Source: a bacterium (GTDB lineage Bacteria > Zhuqueibacterota > QNDG01). From it: DNA of 64,000 nucleotides. This document shows, in pieces, positions 10,663-21,261 of this stretch (position 1 is the first letter of the stretch; each line of letters starts with the position of its first letter). The stretch is taken from the NCBI GenBank assembly GCA_021158245.1, contig JAGGVB010000065.1, forward strand, positions 6,757-70,756, written 5' to 3'. The translations under genes were made by a program, and so were the position numbers. Under the pieces are notes generated by a model. The model had not been told where the DNA came from, did no database searches, and saw only the letters and a program-made list of their open reading frames with translations.

Positions 10663-10976
10663 GTAATACCATTACTTGTTTATATATTATACACAACACA
10701 AACTATACCCATATTCAAGTTTGCTTCTATTATACTGGCGTCTATATAAAGTAGCTTATTGTATAAAACACAATTATAAATACAGAACAATGAAAGAATA
10801 TACTGTTTTTCGTGTTCATAAGCAACCAAATAGTACTATTCTCCGTGCATATATAACGTACACCGAGTTCACATCCACAACATAGTCATGAATTCGTGAG
10901 AATTGAAAGCTGGTTTCACACAAAGAAGATTAGGATACAATCTGTGTTGCATGAATATCCGTAATATCCGTTACTC

Positions 10977-12170
10977 TTATCCTTTATCAATAGCAGCATA
11001 ACATAACTGTTCTAACTCCTGAGCCTTGCGGTGCCATGAATACTGCTTCCCAATTTTTTTAAATGCTGCCATACCCATACGTTCAATACTATTTTTATCC
11101 GCTGCTAATTCTTTGACTGCCATGATCATTTCCCGGATACTTCCGGGTGTACATAATATGCCATCTCTGCCGTTTTCAATAACTTCAGCAATCTGACCTA
11201 TACGTGATGTTATAACCGCTTTACCGCACGCCATGTATTCGAAAATCTTAACCGGAGAATAATAAAAAAAATCAAGCGCAGGATAGGGAGCAATCACAAT
11301 ATCCATTGATGAAATATATGCCGGTACCAGCGTATGCTCTACATAACCGGTAAGAAATATCCTGTTTTCAAGGCGCTCGGTCCTTATAAAGGTTTTCAGA
11401 TCATCAAGCATAGGCCCTCCTGAACCAACCAGCAAGAATACCACATCCCGATTATCGGCAACCACCGCCTTGATAAGTTCAATCAGCTCGCTGACGCCAT
11501 GCCAATAATGAAACGACCCTACGAATCCTACTACTGTTTTACCCTGCAGCGGAAACCTGCGCTGCACTGCAGCAGGTGAAATAAATGGATTAAACCTCTT
11601 AAGGTCCGCCCCATTTGTAATCACATGCAGGTGATTTTCCGGAACCCCCCGTCCTACAAAGTATTGTTTCAAAGTATTTGATACACAAAAAGATATATCT
11701 GCGCTATTGATAAAATCGATTTCAAGCTTTTCAGCAAGCCCCCGTATACGCCTATACCGGGGACCGAAATTGTCAAGCTCGTATACAACAGGGCTATCAG
11801 CTTCAGCAATAATGGGGATATTTGCTTTTTTCCCAATTAAACGAGGAGAAAAAAGATACGACTCCATCCTTGCAATTAATATATCCGGTATATCCTTCTT
11901 AATTATGCTGCATTCTTCCCTGTAAAATCTGACATTTTTTACTATCTGATTAGTTTCATGCAGATAGCGGTGCAGATGTTTTTTAATAATAGTTCTAACA
12001 GGCTGCTCATTCCCCTCTTGTGCCGGAGAAGGCTCATGTTTTAGCCGCCAATATTTCTTTACAAAATGCCCTCTTGCTTCAAGGGCATTCATCAACTCCA
12101 GGCCTTTAATATATGACCCGATTGATATTCCTTTCAAGTCGTAAAGATAATTAAAATAATCTATTTTCAT
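10977..12170 (-). CDS. glycosyltransferase family 4 (GT-B)
   Basis: C-terminal GT4 signature (VGFVGSF... CGKAVITSRIGQIAEVIENGRDG). Confidence 0.75.
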   Translation of the reverse strand: MKIDYFNYLYDLKGISIGSYIKGLELMNALEARGHFVKKYWRLKHEPSPAQEGNEQPVRTIIKKHLHRYLHETNQIVKNVRFYREECSIIKKDIPDILIARMESYLFSPRLIGKKANIPIIAEADSPVVYELDNFGPRYRRIRGLAEKLEIDFINSADISFCVSNTLKQYFVGRGVPENHLHVITNGADLKRFNPFISPAAVQRRFPLQGKTVVGFVGSFHYWHGVSELIELIKAVVADNRDVVFLLVGSGGPMLDDLKTFIRTERLENRIFLTGYVEHTLVPAYISSMDIVIAPYPALDFFYYSPVKIFEYMACGKAVITSRIGQIAEVIENGRDGILCTPGSIREMIMAVKELAADKNSIERMGMAAFKKIGKQYSWHRKAQELEQLCYAAIDKG

Positions 12171-13198
12171 TTATAATGATCTTTGTTTTTTTCAGTATCG
12201 GATATTTTTACTGCAACAGCCCGCAAATAAACGCCATTGCTGCTGTATTGAAAATCTCTGTTTGACAATACATTAAAAATACTATAGCCCGTAAACGGTT
12301 TATATATTCTTCTTATAGCTTTCTTTATAAACAAAGGAAGTAACCCTGAAATAAATTTGCGAAATATTGCGATCCTGCCCGGATAAGATAATTTCTTTTG
12401 TTCATTCCACCATTCCTCTGTTGAACGGCCCGCTCTTCCCATAAATTTTATTTCAAAGCCTGCATTCTTCAGAGATAGAGTAAAAGCTTTTTCAGTAAAG
12501 TGAGAGAGATGGGGTATTGCTGCATTTCTTTGTTCAAGGTGTTTATTAACATCTTCCACAGGCACTTCACAGACAAATATGGAATTATCATACATTAAAT
12601 CTTTGATGTGTGTTAACACTCCGTGAATATCCTCTGAATTATAATGCTCAAGAACATGGGACATCAAAATACAATCAAATTTTCTATTATCAAGATCAGG
12701 AATGGGTTCACTACTAAAAAATCCATCATATAGGTGTACTCCAAGAGATTGGAGAAAACCACGGGAATGTTCATCAGGTTCTACTACGAACAGAGAAATT
12801 CCAGGGCAAATATTTTTTACAGCATAAGATGAAAATCCATTACCCCCGCCGATATCAAGGAAAGAATCTCCTTCTCTAAATTCTCTGAACATTTTTGCAA
12901 GAAGTATCTGCGACAGAGATCGTGTTTCAATTAAAAATTTATCAAAAACAATTGATCTGGACTTTATTCCATACTTTTCTCCTGAATTCCGGTATAAACT
13001 TTTATAATACAGGTTTAAATCATTCTGCTCTATTGACGGAATAACAAAGCCAAAACCACAATTTTCACAAAAAATAAGCTCTCTGGAATCAAAAATATCC
13101 CTGCTTACTTCAGAAAATCTTTCCTCAATATTAAGGTACGAAACACGTATGCTCGTATCTACCTTTGAAGAACATACAGGACAGGTTATCTCTTTCAT
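12167..13198 (-). CDS. class I SAM-dependent methyltransferase with N-terminal zinc-ribbon
   Basis: SAM motif I LDIGGGNGFSS. N-terminal CxxC...CxxC (CPVCSSK ... CENCGF). Confidence 0.75.
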   Translation of the reverse strand: MKEITCPVCSSKVDTSIRVSYLNIEERFSEVSRDIFDSRELIFCENCGFGFVIPSIEQNDLNLYYKSLYRNSGEKYGIKSRSIVFDKFLIETRSLSQILLAKMFREFREGDSFLDIGGGNGFSSYAVKNICPGISLFVVEPDEHSRGFLQSLGVHLYDGFFSSEPIPDLDNRKFDCILMSHVLEHYNSEDIHGVLTHIKDLMYDNSIFVCEVPVEDVNKHLEQRNAAIPHLSHFTEKAFTLSLKNAGFEIKFMGRAGRSTEEWWNEQKKLSYPGRIAIFRKFISGLLPLFIKKAIRRIYKPFTGYSIFNVLSNRDFQYSSNGVYLRAVAVKISDTEKNKDHYK

Positions 13199-13213
13199 AT
13201 CACTTTCTTATAT

Positions 13214-15139
13214 TTATTCTAATCTGATTACTTTTACTCCTGTGGGAGCTTCAGGCGGAGTTATATCTGAATCCCCAAGAGGCCCTCTGTAAACAAACTT
13301 TATTGCATCCGAAATAACCACACCGCTCGTATTGTTTGTTATTTTAACATATGCCTCCTTGCCTCTTGCAAAAGGCAAAATACCAAGGCTGTTCCACCTG
13401 CCGAAATTGGTTGTCTGATCAATATAAATAGTTGTATCAATTCCTGTACTCGCAGTATGAATAATTGCAGGCACATGGTTTGCAAGCTGCTGACTTGAAG
13501 GGTCCGTGCCCATATAACCGTGCCACTCATAAATTTCATACCTTCCTGCAAGCCCTATTGCAGGAGTATATGTTGCAACTTCTTCACCGCTTCCCGGAGC
13601 ACTCCATGCAAATCCGTTTTTCTGATATGGGCCATAATCTCTGTTATCATAAACCGCATAAAATTTTTTCCCATTAGTTGACATAACCCACCCTCCTGTA
13701 TAACTGACAGGATCAGATCCCGGTGATGTCTGATTGTCGGGATTATTATCAACAATTATGGGCGTTACAAAAACTTTTTTACTTCTGAAAAGCATAGTAC
13801 CGTCACCAAATACTTCCAGTTCAGGCCAACCTGCTTTTGCTGCATCTCCCCAAAGGACCAGAGGATTACTGTCAGTGATCTCCTCTCCGTTATTAAAAAC
13901 AGGATCCTGGCCTCCCTTGATTCTGTAATATCTGGATCCGGCAATAGGATCAAGAGCAGATAGATCAGATGCTGTAATTGTCTGCTGTACACCTGACGAA
14001 TTTACAACAGAAACGCCGTTATCAAAAAATCTTATCCACACACCGTCAGCATAAGGAGTTGCCGCAACAGGCTTACCTTCAATTTTCAACATATCACTCC
14101 TCGGATAACCAAGCTGGCCTTTTGCTTCAAACTCATCATAAAAATAAATATTTCCGTGGTGGCCTATCTGATTGCCCTCATCAACATAAAAATATGCTGA
14201 TGTCAAAAGACAGCTTGCAAAACCATATCTTACAGCTCTATAATTATTTTTATACGGAGTTACAGGAAAATTCCTGTTATAAAAAGAATGAGAAGAATTG
14301 AAAAGCATTATTTTCGGCTCTTTGGTATTTGTTTTAGTATCATTATAATTCGTTCTCCACCACTTCCACGGGCCGTTATAAATTGGCCAGTCTTCAAAAC
14401 ATGCACCATTAATATTCGACCAAAGATCCCAGCCTTTTCCTCCTATCTGAACAACTACATACTTTACTCCCGGAATTTGATACTCTCTTTTATGGAAATC
14501 TTTTAACCCCATTTCCCATAAAGTCTGAACCGAATCAGCTCCCCACTCCTGAGTGTCTACAATACCATTACCGTTCAAATCACCTTTTGTTCTTACATTA
14601 TACCCGGGGCCGATCCACCACCAATCATGGAAAACACCATCATAAACTGAAAAATCAATATCATTCGGCAAAAATCTTAGAATATAATCAACATAAGTCT
14701 GAAGGCCATTCCCGTCACCAAGATCAACTTTCGGACAAAGTGGAGTAATATTCATAATATGTGCATTATCCCATAGTTCACATCTGTTACCATCCACATC
14801 ATGCCAATACCACTCTTCAGGCAAATCTCCGAGAGTATGCCCTCTGTTAAAATCAATAATGCAGTCGCTTGTTGCCAGTAAAATCACATTTGGATTTGCC
14901 GCTTTGTAATCATGGGCTCTGCTGTTGCCCGGAGGATATGCTATAATATCAAAATCTTTTAATATATCCACGCAAGCCTCAGTCTGTCCGCTGAAAGTAA
15001 AAATGCCAAGTCTGGGATATGGCGGGTTTAAATCCTGTGTAAAAGCAGTGCTATTGGAAAACAATACCGCTCCAACAGTAATAAATACAATTATATTTGA
15101 TAGAATGATATGATTCTTATAATTCTTCTGGCGGTACAT
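13214..15139 (-). CDS. large secreted hypothetical protein, possibly glycan-active
   Basis: N-terminal signal/anchor, 641 aa, Trp-rich, no identifiable catalytic motif. The C-terminus ends DITPPEAPTGVKV, a motif shared with the neighbouring 615-aa protein. Confidence 0.5.
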   Translation of the reverse strand: MYRQKNYKNHIILSNIIVFITVGAVLFSNSTAFTQDLNPPYPRLGIFTFSGQTEACVDILKDFDIIAYPPGNSRAHDYKAANPNVILLATSDCIIDFNRGHTLGDLPEEWYWHDVDGNRCELWDNAHIMNITPLCPKVDLGDGNGLQTYVDYILRFLPNDIDFSVYDGVFHDWWWIGPGYNVRTKGDLNGNGIVDTQEWGADSVQTLWEMGLKDFHKREYQIPGVKYVVVQIGGKGWDLWSNINGACFEDWPIYNGPWKWWRTNYNDTKTNTKEPKIMLFNSSHSFYNRNFPVTPYKNNYRAVRYGFASCLLTSAYFYVDEGNQIGHHGNIYFYDEFEAKGQLGYPRSDMLKIEGKPVAATPYADGVWIRFFDNGVSVVNSSGVQQTITASDLSALDPIAGSRYYRIKGGQDPVFNNGEEITDSNPLVLWGDAAKAGWPELEVFGDGTMLFRSKKVFVTPIIVDNNPDNQTSPGSDPVSYTGGWVMSTNGKKFYAVYDNRDYGPYQKNGFAWSAPGSGEEVATYTPAIGLAGRYEIYEWHGYMGTDPSSQQLANHVPAIIHTASTGIDTTIYIDQTTNFGRWNSLGILPFARGKEAYVKITNNTSGVVISDAIKFVYRGPLGDSDITPPEAPTGVKVIRLE

Positions 15140-15154
15140 AACAGATCACCTCCA

Positions 15155-16270
15155 TTATAATATATTTTTATATAGGCTGACAAATTGGCCGACTTCTCTT
15201 TGCCATGAAAAGTATTCTTCTGCTCTTATTCTTCCACTTTCCCCATATTTTTTCATCATCTTTTTATTATTACATAACTTAAGAATAGCTTCCGCAAGAA
15301 CATCCGAATTCTCTGGACAGACAAGTAACCCCGTCTCATTCTGTAAGACTGCTTCAGGAGTACCGTCTACAGCAGTAGCAATAACAGGAAGCCCTGCGGC
15401 CATTGCTTCAAGTACTGCATTAGGCAGCCCCTCATAAAGAGAAGGCAGCACAAAAACATCAAAAGAGTTCAAAAGTCTGTCAACATCCGTACGGAAGCCA
15501 AGAAGATGAAAATGTTTTTCAATACCCAGATCTTTAATCATAATTTCTATCTCTTCTCTCAAAGGACCGTCACCAACAAGCACAAAATGTGCTGACTTGT
15601 TTCTCTTAATTACGCTATGTGCAGCTTTAATCAGATATCTGTGCCCCTTCTGCTTTGTAAACCTTGCAACAGTTCCAAAAACAATATCTTCTCTTCTAAA
15701 CCCCAAACTCTTTCGCAATTCAAAATCAGCACAAGGGTAGAATCTGCTTAAATCCACTCCATAATGAATTGTCATTGTTTTTCGTTTAGGAACTTTATAC
15801 TCATTCTGTACCTTCTTTTCAATAGCTTTTGATACTGCTACTGATTTTGTGTAAAGTATAGAAGCAATCCTGTAAGCTATTAAATGCCTTAGCTCATAAT
15901 GTTCAGTAACTGCTTCCCACGAGATTATTTTTTTCACACCTGCAATTCTTGCTGCTACCGCTCCTATTACATCAGCATAGAAAAGTGTTGTATGAACGAT
16001 ATCCGCTTTTTCTTCATGTATAAGCTGTGCTACTTTTTTGATAAGAGAAAAATCAAAAGACCGCTTTTTGTTAAATACAACTATCTTAACACCAAGATTA
16101 CTAAATTTTTCATAAAGAGGGCCGCTCTGGCCGACACTGCACACTACCGGCTCAAATTCGTCTTTATGCCAAAGATTCAGGCCTTTTACAAGATCAAGTA
16201 CCTTGAGCTCTCCTCCCCCTATGGCAAACCCATTAACAATAAAAAGAATTTTTATCCTATCCAAAAACAT
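15155..16270 (-). CDS. glycosyltransferase family 4
   Basis: Canonical GT4 C-terminal motif EGLPNAVLEAMAAGLPVIATAVDG. Confidence 0.8.
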   Translation of the reverse strand: MFLDRIKILFIVNGFAIGGGELKVLDLVKGLNLWHKDEFEPVVCSVGQSGPLYEKFSNLGVKIVVFNKKRSFDFSLIKKVAQLIHEEKADIVHTTLFYADVIGAVAARIAGVKKIISWEAVTEHYELRHLIAYRIASILYTKSVAVSKAIEKKVQNEYKVPKRKTMTIHYGVDLSRFYPCADFELRKSLGFRREDIVFGTVARFTKQKGHRYLIKAAHSVIKRNKSAHFVLVGDGPLREEIEIMIKDLGIEKHFHLLGFRTDVDRLLNSFDVFVLPSLYEGLPNAVLEAMAAGLPVIATAVDGTPEAVLQNETGLLVCPENSDVLAEAILKLCNNKKMMKKYGESGRIRAEEYFSWQREVGQFVSLYKNIL

Positions 16271-16287
16271 GCCTTTATTTTAACCTC

Positions 16288-18135
16288 CTATTCCTGTTTT
16301 TGATTTGCAGTAACACCAGTAGGAATCCTCGGAGGTGTATTGTCAGCAGGAGCATTACTTAAAGTTTTAGTCCAATTGTCAAAATCATACTCAATCTGTT
16401 TCCCGTGTTTTCTAACAATCATCTTATCTCCTGACCAGCGCACCAAATATTTACCATTATTATCAATTGCTTCAAGGCGTTTAAAAGGAAAAGTGAATAC
16501 AAATCCAAAATCACCAATGCCGCCCTTTTTCACAATAGAAACAAAGGTATCAGTACCCGGAAGCCTATTATAGCCAATCCAGTCACCCTTGCTTGTAATA
16601 TACTTACCTGTTCCAAGATCAGCATTCGCAAATATTGCCGCTTCAAAATCATCAAGGCTGGCATAATCCACACCTTCTATGGCTACTTCTAACGCACTGG
16701 TATTAACATCAGTACGAATCCTAATGGCAACCATTGTCCTTCCCTCTTTTAAAAATCTCCAATTACCAATAGTTTGATCTACATCAAAAGCATTGCTGCG
16801 CAGGGCAACATGAAAAAAGGTGGCCTTAATAAACATTGCATTTTTGTACTGGAACCCCTGTTCTCCTGTTGTAAGATAGTTCATGTAATAAACTGGATGT
16901 GAGACATCCTCCCCTACGTCTTTTGTATTTATCCACAATCTGAAAGGTATTCCAGGCCTGCCGTAGCTTCCCGGTTCATCATCGGATTTAATACATAGCT
17001 GCCAATTCGATGTTGCACCGCCGCCCAGGGAATAAAATTTTGTAACATAATCCCATTTACCCGTATTTACGGCCCTTGTAATACTCCTGTTATATTCCAT
17101 ATTTATATGATAATAATTATCCGGTTCATCACTTAAATCACCAATATCAAAGATAATATCAGGTAACCTGTAATCAGAAAAATAAATACTCCTTGAAGGT
17201 TCATGTGAAGGCCTTGGCCCCCCCCAGAATATATCCCAGTAAAATCGGCCCCACCCTTTTCTGTAAACTTCCTCATATGATCGTCCAAGCTCACCACCCC
17301 ACTGCTGACCACCATAATCCATTACTGAATCAATAAGATAGAAATCAATAAATATCTCAGCTTTACGCTTCATAACAGGGTCTTCCGAAAACTTTTGAAG
17401 AGCACTTATGCTGTGAATAATACACCAGGAATAAACAGGGCTGTCAAATTCATTATTACCAGATTTTACCCATTTATCAAGAAGATAATTAATATAAGCT
17501 TCACTTAACTCAAATTCATTGTATCTCTCGCCTATAGAATAAAGTTTTCCATTCCACATAAAAGGAATAACATTTTGACTGGGTGGAGGATCAGTTGAAT
17601 AGTTGATATAAATATTTTTATGATATTGGCTGTATAGATATCTTGCAACCCAATCTGCAATTTGACTATTTGGAGCACCTGGTGCAACATTGTTTGATCT
17701 GTACACTCCATCATATAAATTTTGTATAAATTGCTTATCACTCGGATAGATAACATCACCATAATCGTAGAGAATCCATAAAAGCATTACAGAAGATTGC
17801 CATTCTCCATAATGCCAGGCATGCGCATATGGGGCATAACCTTCAGATGTCCACAATGACCCCCAGCTTATGATTATATTATGTACAATATCAAGTGCTG
17901 GTTTTGAAACACCATCAATATCTGTAACATAGTAGGTATTGCCGTCCAGTGTACCATTCTTCATTTTTTCCAGCCACGCCCATATTCTTTCATGAAAACT
18001 ACGGCACTGTTCACCCATTGTATCAAGATATTCCTGCTTTTTCTGATCAAAAACTGTCTGAGCAGGTAATGAACCTGTAATGATGAATAGAAGGAACAAA
18101 ATAATTATCAGCAAAAATTTCCTTTTCTTAAACAT
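16288..18135 (-). CDS. large secreted hypothetical protein
   Basis: Type I signal peptide (SLPAQ|T), 615 aa. C-terminus DNTPPRIPTGV. Contains an in-frame G8 tract. Confidence 0.5.
   Translation of the reverse strand: MFKKRKFLLIIILFLLFIITGSLPAQTVFDQKKQEYLDTMGEQCRSFHERIWAWLEKMKNGTLDGNTYYVTDIDGVSKPALDIVHNIIISWGSLWTSEGYAPYAHAWHYGEWQSSVMLLWILYDYGDVIYPSDKQFIQNLYDGVYRSNNVAPGAPNSQIADWVARYLYSQYHKNIYINYSTDPPPSQNVIPFMWNGKLYSIGERYNEFELSEAYINYLLDKWVKSGNNEFDSPVYSWCIIHSISALQKFSEDPVMKRKAEIFIDFYLIDSVMDYGGQQWGGELGRSYEEVYRKGWGRFYWDIFWGGPRPSHEPSRSIYFSDYRLPDIIFDIGDLSDEPDNYYHINMEYNRSITRAVNTGKWDYVTKFYSLGGGATSNWQLCIKSDDEPGSYGRPGIPFRLWINTKDVGEDVSHPVYYMNYLTTGEQGFQYKNAMFIKATFFHVALRSNAFDVDQTIGNWRFLKEGRTMVAIRIRTDVNTSALEVAIEGVDYASLDDFEAAIFANADLGTGKYITSKGDWIGYNRLPGTDTFVSIVKKGGIGDFGFVFTFPFKRLEAIDNNGKYLVRWSGDKMIVRKHGKQIEYDFDNWTKTLSNAPADNTPPRIPTGVTANQKQE
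17228..17235 (-). repeat. G8 homopolymer tract (C8 on plus strand) inside a coding region
   Basis: Eight consecutive C at 17228-17235, which on the coding strand read TGG GGG GGG CCA (W-G-G-P). Confidence 0.9.
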
Positions 18136-18163
18136 AAGCCTTCACCTCCTGATGTAAATTTTC

Positions 18164-19420
18164 TCAGCTTGAATGTATTTCAACACCAGCTGCTTGATAA
18201 AAAGATATCATTTTGTTGTAATGCATATCAGGATCAAATATCTTTTCCGCCTTTACACGTGCTGCTTTACCCAAAGCAGCAAGATGTGTTTTATCACCTA
18301 TCATACGGCCAAGCAGCTCCATCAGCTCATCAACATTCCCTTGTTCGAATATATATCCATCCTCGCCGTTTTTAATTAACTCTGGAATCCCACCCATATT
18401 TGAGCCTATTACAGGTTTACCCATTGCCAAAGACTCATACATTACAAGAGGGGAATTATCATACCACTCTGAAGGAACTACGACAAACTGAGCACCGGAG
18501 ACTATTTTCTTGAGTTCATCACCGTAAACCGGGCCTGTAAATTCAACCCACTTATTAAGTCCCAACTCTTCGGACAGCTTCTTTAAATTTTTCTCTTCAG
18601 GGCCTGTACCTATTATTTTCAGCTTCTGCTTTTTCACTTTTGAAAATGCTTTTAAAAGAACCGGTACTCCCTTTTCAGCAGAAAGTCTCCCGTAATATAC
18701 AAAATAATCATCACTGTCATATCGGACAGGGTAGGAGTTCAAATCAATTGTATAAAAAAGATGATGTATTTTATCCTTCTCAATACCTCCCTGCACAAGT
18801 TTCTGCCCCATAAACATAGATGGCACATGATACAAATCTATGTTTTTTGTGTACAGCCCCAGCCATTTATGAACATACATCTCAAAAGCAAGCATAAAAG
18901 ATGCTGCATATGATCCCTTATGACATTTTTCAATTATTGCGTGATAGTAGTTTCCATCAAGGCATTTCTCACAAATTTCATTTTTCCCCATATTATACAG
19001 TCTGTAACTCGGGCACACAGGTTTGTACGTATGTACAGTCTGAATCACTGGTATTCCCCTTGATTTCAGAACAGGAAGAATTGAAGGTGATATCTGATGA
19101 TCTATCATGTGAAGATGAGCCACATCAGGTTTTACTTTATCAAGGAGTCTCTCCATCCGTTTTTTTGCCTGAATGGAATATGTAATTCGGACCATTGACC
19201 TGATTCCTGTTACAACTTTTTGGAATTTTGATTCAGGATTAAAATCAATATTATCTACAAAATATTTTTCCCATGAAGTTTCATAATTTTGAGGATGTTT
19301 CATCGAAAAAGGAATCACTTCATGGCCTTTGGACTCAAAAATCTTTGCAAGTTCAAAAAAGTACCTTTCAGCACCGCCCTTGATAAAATAATACTTGTCA
19401 ATCATTAAAATCTTCAACAA
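18164..19420 (-). CDS. glycosyltransferase family 4
   Basis: GT4 motif (GGIPELIKNGEDGYIF) and an N-terminal GT-B domain. Confidence 0.75.
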   Translation of the reverse strand: MLKILMIDKYYFIKGGAERYFFELAKIFESKGHEVIPFSMKHPQNYETSWEKYFVDNIDFNPESKFQKVVTGIRSMVRITYSIQAKKRMERLLDKVKPDVAHLHMIDHQISPSILPVLKSRGIPVIQTVHTYKPVCPSYRLYNMGKNEICEKCLDGNYYHAIIEKCHKGSYAASFMLAFEMYVHKWLGLYTKNIDLYHVPSMFMGQKLVQGGIEKDKIHHLFYTIDLNSYPVRYDSDDYFVYYGRLSAEKGVPVLLKAFSKVKKQKLKIIGTGPEEKNLKKLSEELGLNKWVEFTGPVYGDELKKIVSGAQFVVVPSEWYDNSPLVMYESLAMGKPVIGSNMGGIPELIKNGEDGYIFEQGNVDELMELLGRMIGDKTHLAALGKAARVKAEKIFDPDMHYNKMISFYQAAGVEIHSS

Positions 19421-19431
19421 CCTGCTCCCTG

Positions 19432-21207
19432 CTATTCTCTTTTAGATCCTTTTTCTTCCACCAGAAAACCTCCGATGGCAAGATACTCAAGATGCCCCAT
19501 GTTAAAGGCTCGTACAGCATCATCAGGAGAACATACTATGGGTTCTTCATGCATATTAAAACTTGTATTAATGATTGTTGGTATACCAGTACGTTTTTCA
19601 TAAGCCTTTAATATCATATAATAGCTTTCATTAACTTCTCTTCTTATAAGCTGCGGACGTGCTGTTTTATCAACATGAACAGTTGCAGGGCATGTATTTT
19701 CCATCTTGTCTGTACAATCAAAAGTAATAGTCATATATTCAGCAGGAAAATAATTTTCTTTAAGATTCCTGTACTGCTTTTCTGCTTCCTCATAAATTGT
19801 TACCGGTGCAAACGGCATAAATTCTGTACGTTTGAGCTTATGATTCAGCCAGTCATTAACAGTAGGATCTGTAGACTGATAAAGAATGGATCGATTCCCC
19901 AATGCCCTTGGCCCGTACTCCATTCTTCCGTTAAAACGCGCAACAACTTTGCCCTGTGCCAGCAGTTCACCTATCTTGTCTTCGATATTATCATAGAACT
20001 TGTATGGATTTTTTGAGTTCTGCAGACTCTTTTCAATATCCTCCCTGGAATATTCAGGGCCGAGATATACGTCTTCAATTTTTCTATTCTCTATTTCATT
20101 CCATTCTCCGGGATTCTGCTCATAATATGACCACAATGCAGCACCTGCACTCAATCCGCCATCGCCCATAGACGGGAAAATAAAAACAGAAGAAACTCCA
20201 TCCAGCTCTGCTACTCTTTGATTAACCTTTACATTGGCAAAAACGCCTCCTGCCATACGAACATCAATTTCATTACGATCTTTGAGTTCCTGATCCACAT
20301 AAAATTTAACAAATTCTGCAACTGACTTTTCAGTAATATCCTGAATACCCGCAGCGATATCTTCCCGCGAATAATTTTCTAACAGACCATCCATTGCTTT
20401 AACTAATTTTGGATAGTTACTCCTCTGCGGATAGGCATGTTGTAAAACTTTTTTAGAAAGCTCATAATTGAATTCATGGCCTTCCATTCTAAAAAATTTT
20501 CTGTAAATATCCTCTGTATTATGCGGATTTCCATAAGCAGCCAGCCCTGTTATTTTACCCTCATGCCGGTTAGGCTTAAATCCGAGCATCCAGGTAATAA
20601 GGTTATAAAACAAACCGATACTGTGAAAACTTGGCACTTTTGCACGCTGCTCCAATTTTCCGTCCCTACCCCGGAAAATTGTTCCGGCAAGTCCGTCCCC
20701 CTGTCCATCAAGTGTAACAACAAGAGCATCTGATTTCCCGCCTGTATAAAAGGCTGATGCAGCATGAGCTGTATGGTGATTTACCAAATCAATCGGCTTA
20801 TCATCCAACCCGTATTTTTTTAATAACTTCTTTAGCTTTATAATCCTCCTTTGATTATAAAAATAGGGATAGAACAAAAAATACTTGTCCCACCTTATTG
20901 ATTTACTAAACAAAGAATGAATAATCCATCTCGGTTCTTTCTCTTTTAAAAATAAATCCTTAAGAACATATTTCAAAAGATCGGCCGGACGCTCAATTGC
21001 AATTGCAATTCTATCAATATTAGTACTGTCAGATCCAGTCATTTCTAAGACTTTCTCTATGCTTCTCCACGGAGGTCCGTCTGATGTATTCCCATTGTGA
21101 AACTTAATCCGCGAAAGCCTCTCTTCTTCTATAGCTGCAATAATTCTGCCATCTTCTACAACTGCGCTGCTGCAATTGTGATCATCAAAAATACCGAGAA
21201 TTCTCAA
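19432..21207 (-). CDS. carbamoyltransferase, NodU/CmcH family
   Basis: N-terminal MRILGI...HNCSSAVVEDGRIIAAIEEERLSRIKFH and length 591 aa are typical of the O-carbamoyltransferase family. Confidence 0.8.
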   Translation of the reverse strand: MRILGIFDDHNCSSAVVEDGRIIAAIEEERLSRIKFHNGNTSDGPPWRSIEKVLEMTGSDSTNIDRIAIAIERPADLLKYVLKDLFLKEKEPRWIIHSLFSKSIRWDKYFLFYPYFYNQRRIIKLKKLLKKYGLDDKPIDLVNHHTAHAASAFYTGGKSDALVVTLDGQGDGLAGTIFRGRDGKLEQRAKVPSFHSIGLFYNLITWMLGFKPNRHEGKITGLAAYGNPHNTEDIYRKFFRMEGHEFNYELSKKVLQHAYPQRSNYPKLVKAMDGLLENYSREDIAAGIQDITEKSVAEFVKFYVDQELKDRNEIDVRMAGGVFANVKVNQRVAELDGVSSVFIFPSMGDGGLSAGAALWSYYEQNPGEWNEIENRKIEDVYLGPEYSREDIEKSLQNSKNPYKFYDNIEDKIGELLAQGKVVARFNGRMEYGPRALGNRSILYQSTDPTVNDWLNHKLKRTEFMPFAPVTIYEEAEKQYRNLKENYFPAEYMTITFDCTDKMENTCPATVHVDKTARPQLIRREVNESYYMILKAYEKRTGIPTIINTSFNMHEEPIVCSPDDAVRAFNMGHLEYLAIGGFLVEEKGSKRE

Positions 21208-21261
21208 CTCATAACTCCTTTTCTTCCAATTACTATAGCCAAAATATCTATAAATTTTATT

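Noticed and set aside
10676-10885. 69-aa ORF in the 315-bp gap between the GT4 gene and the ubiA-like gene
   Set aside because: It sits in the AT-rich intergenic/promoter region on the opposite strand to the flanking operons, with no SD and Tyr/Thr-rich junk translation. More likely this is the promoter region of the arabinose-type operon.
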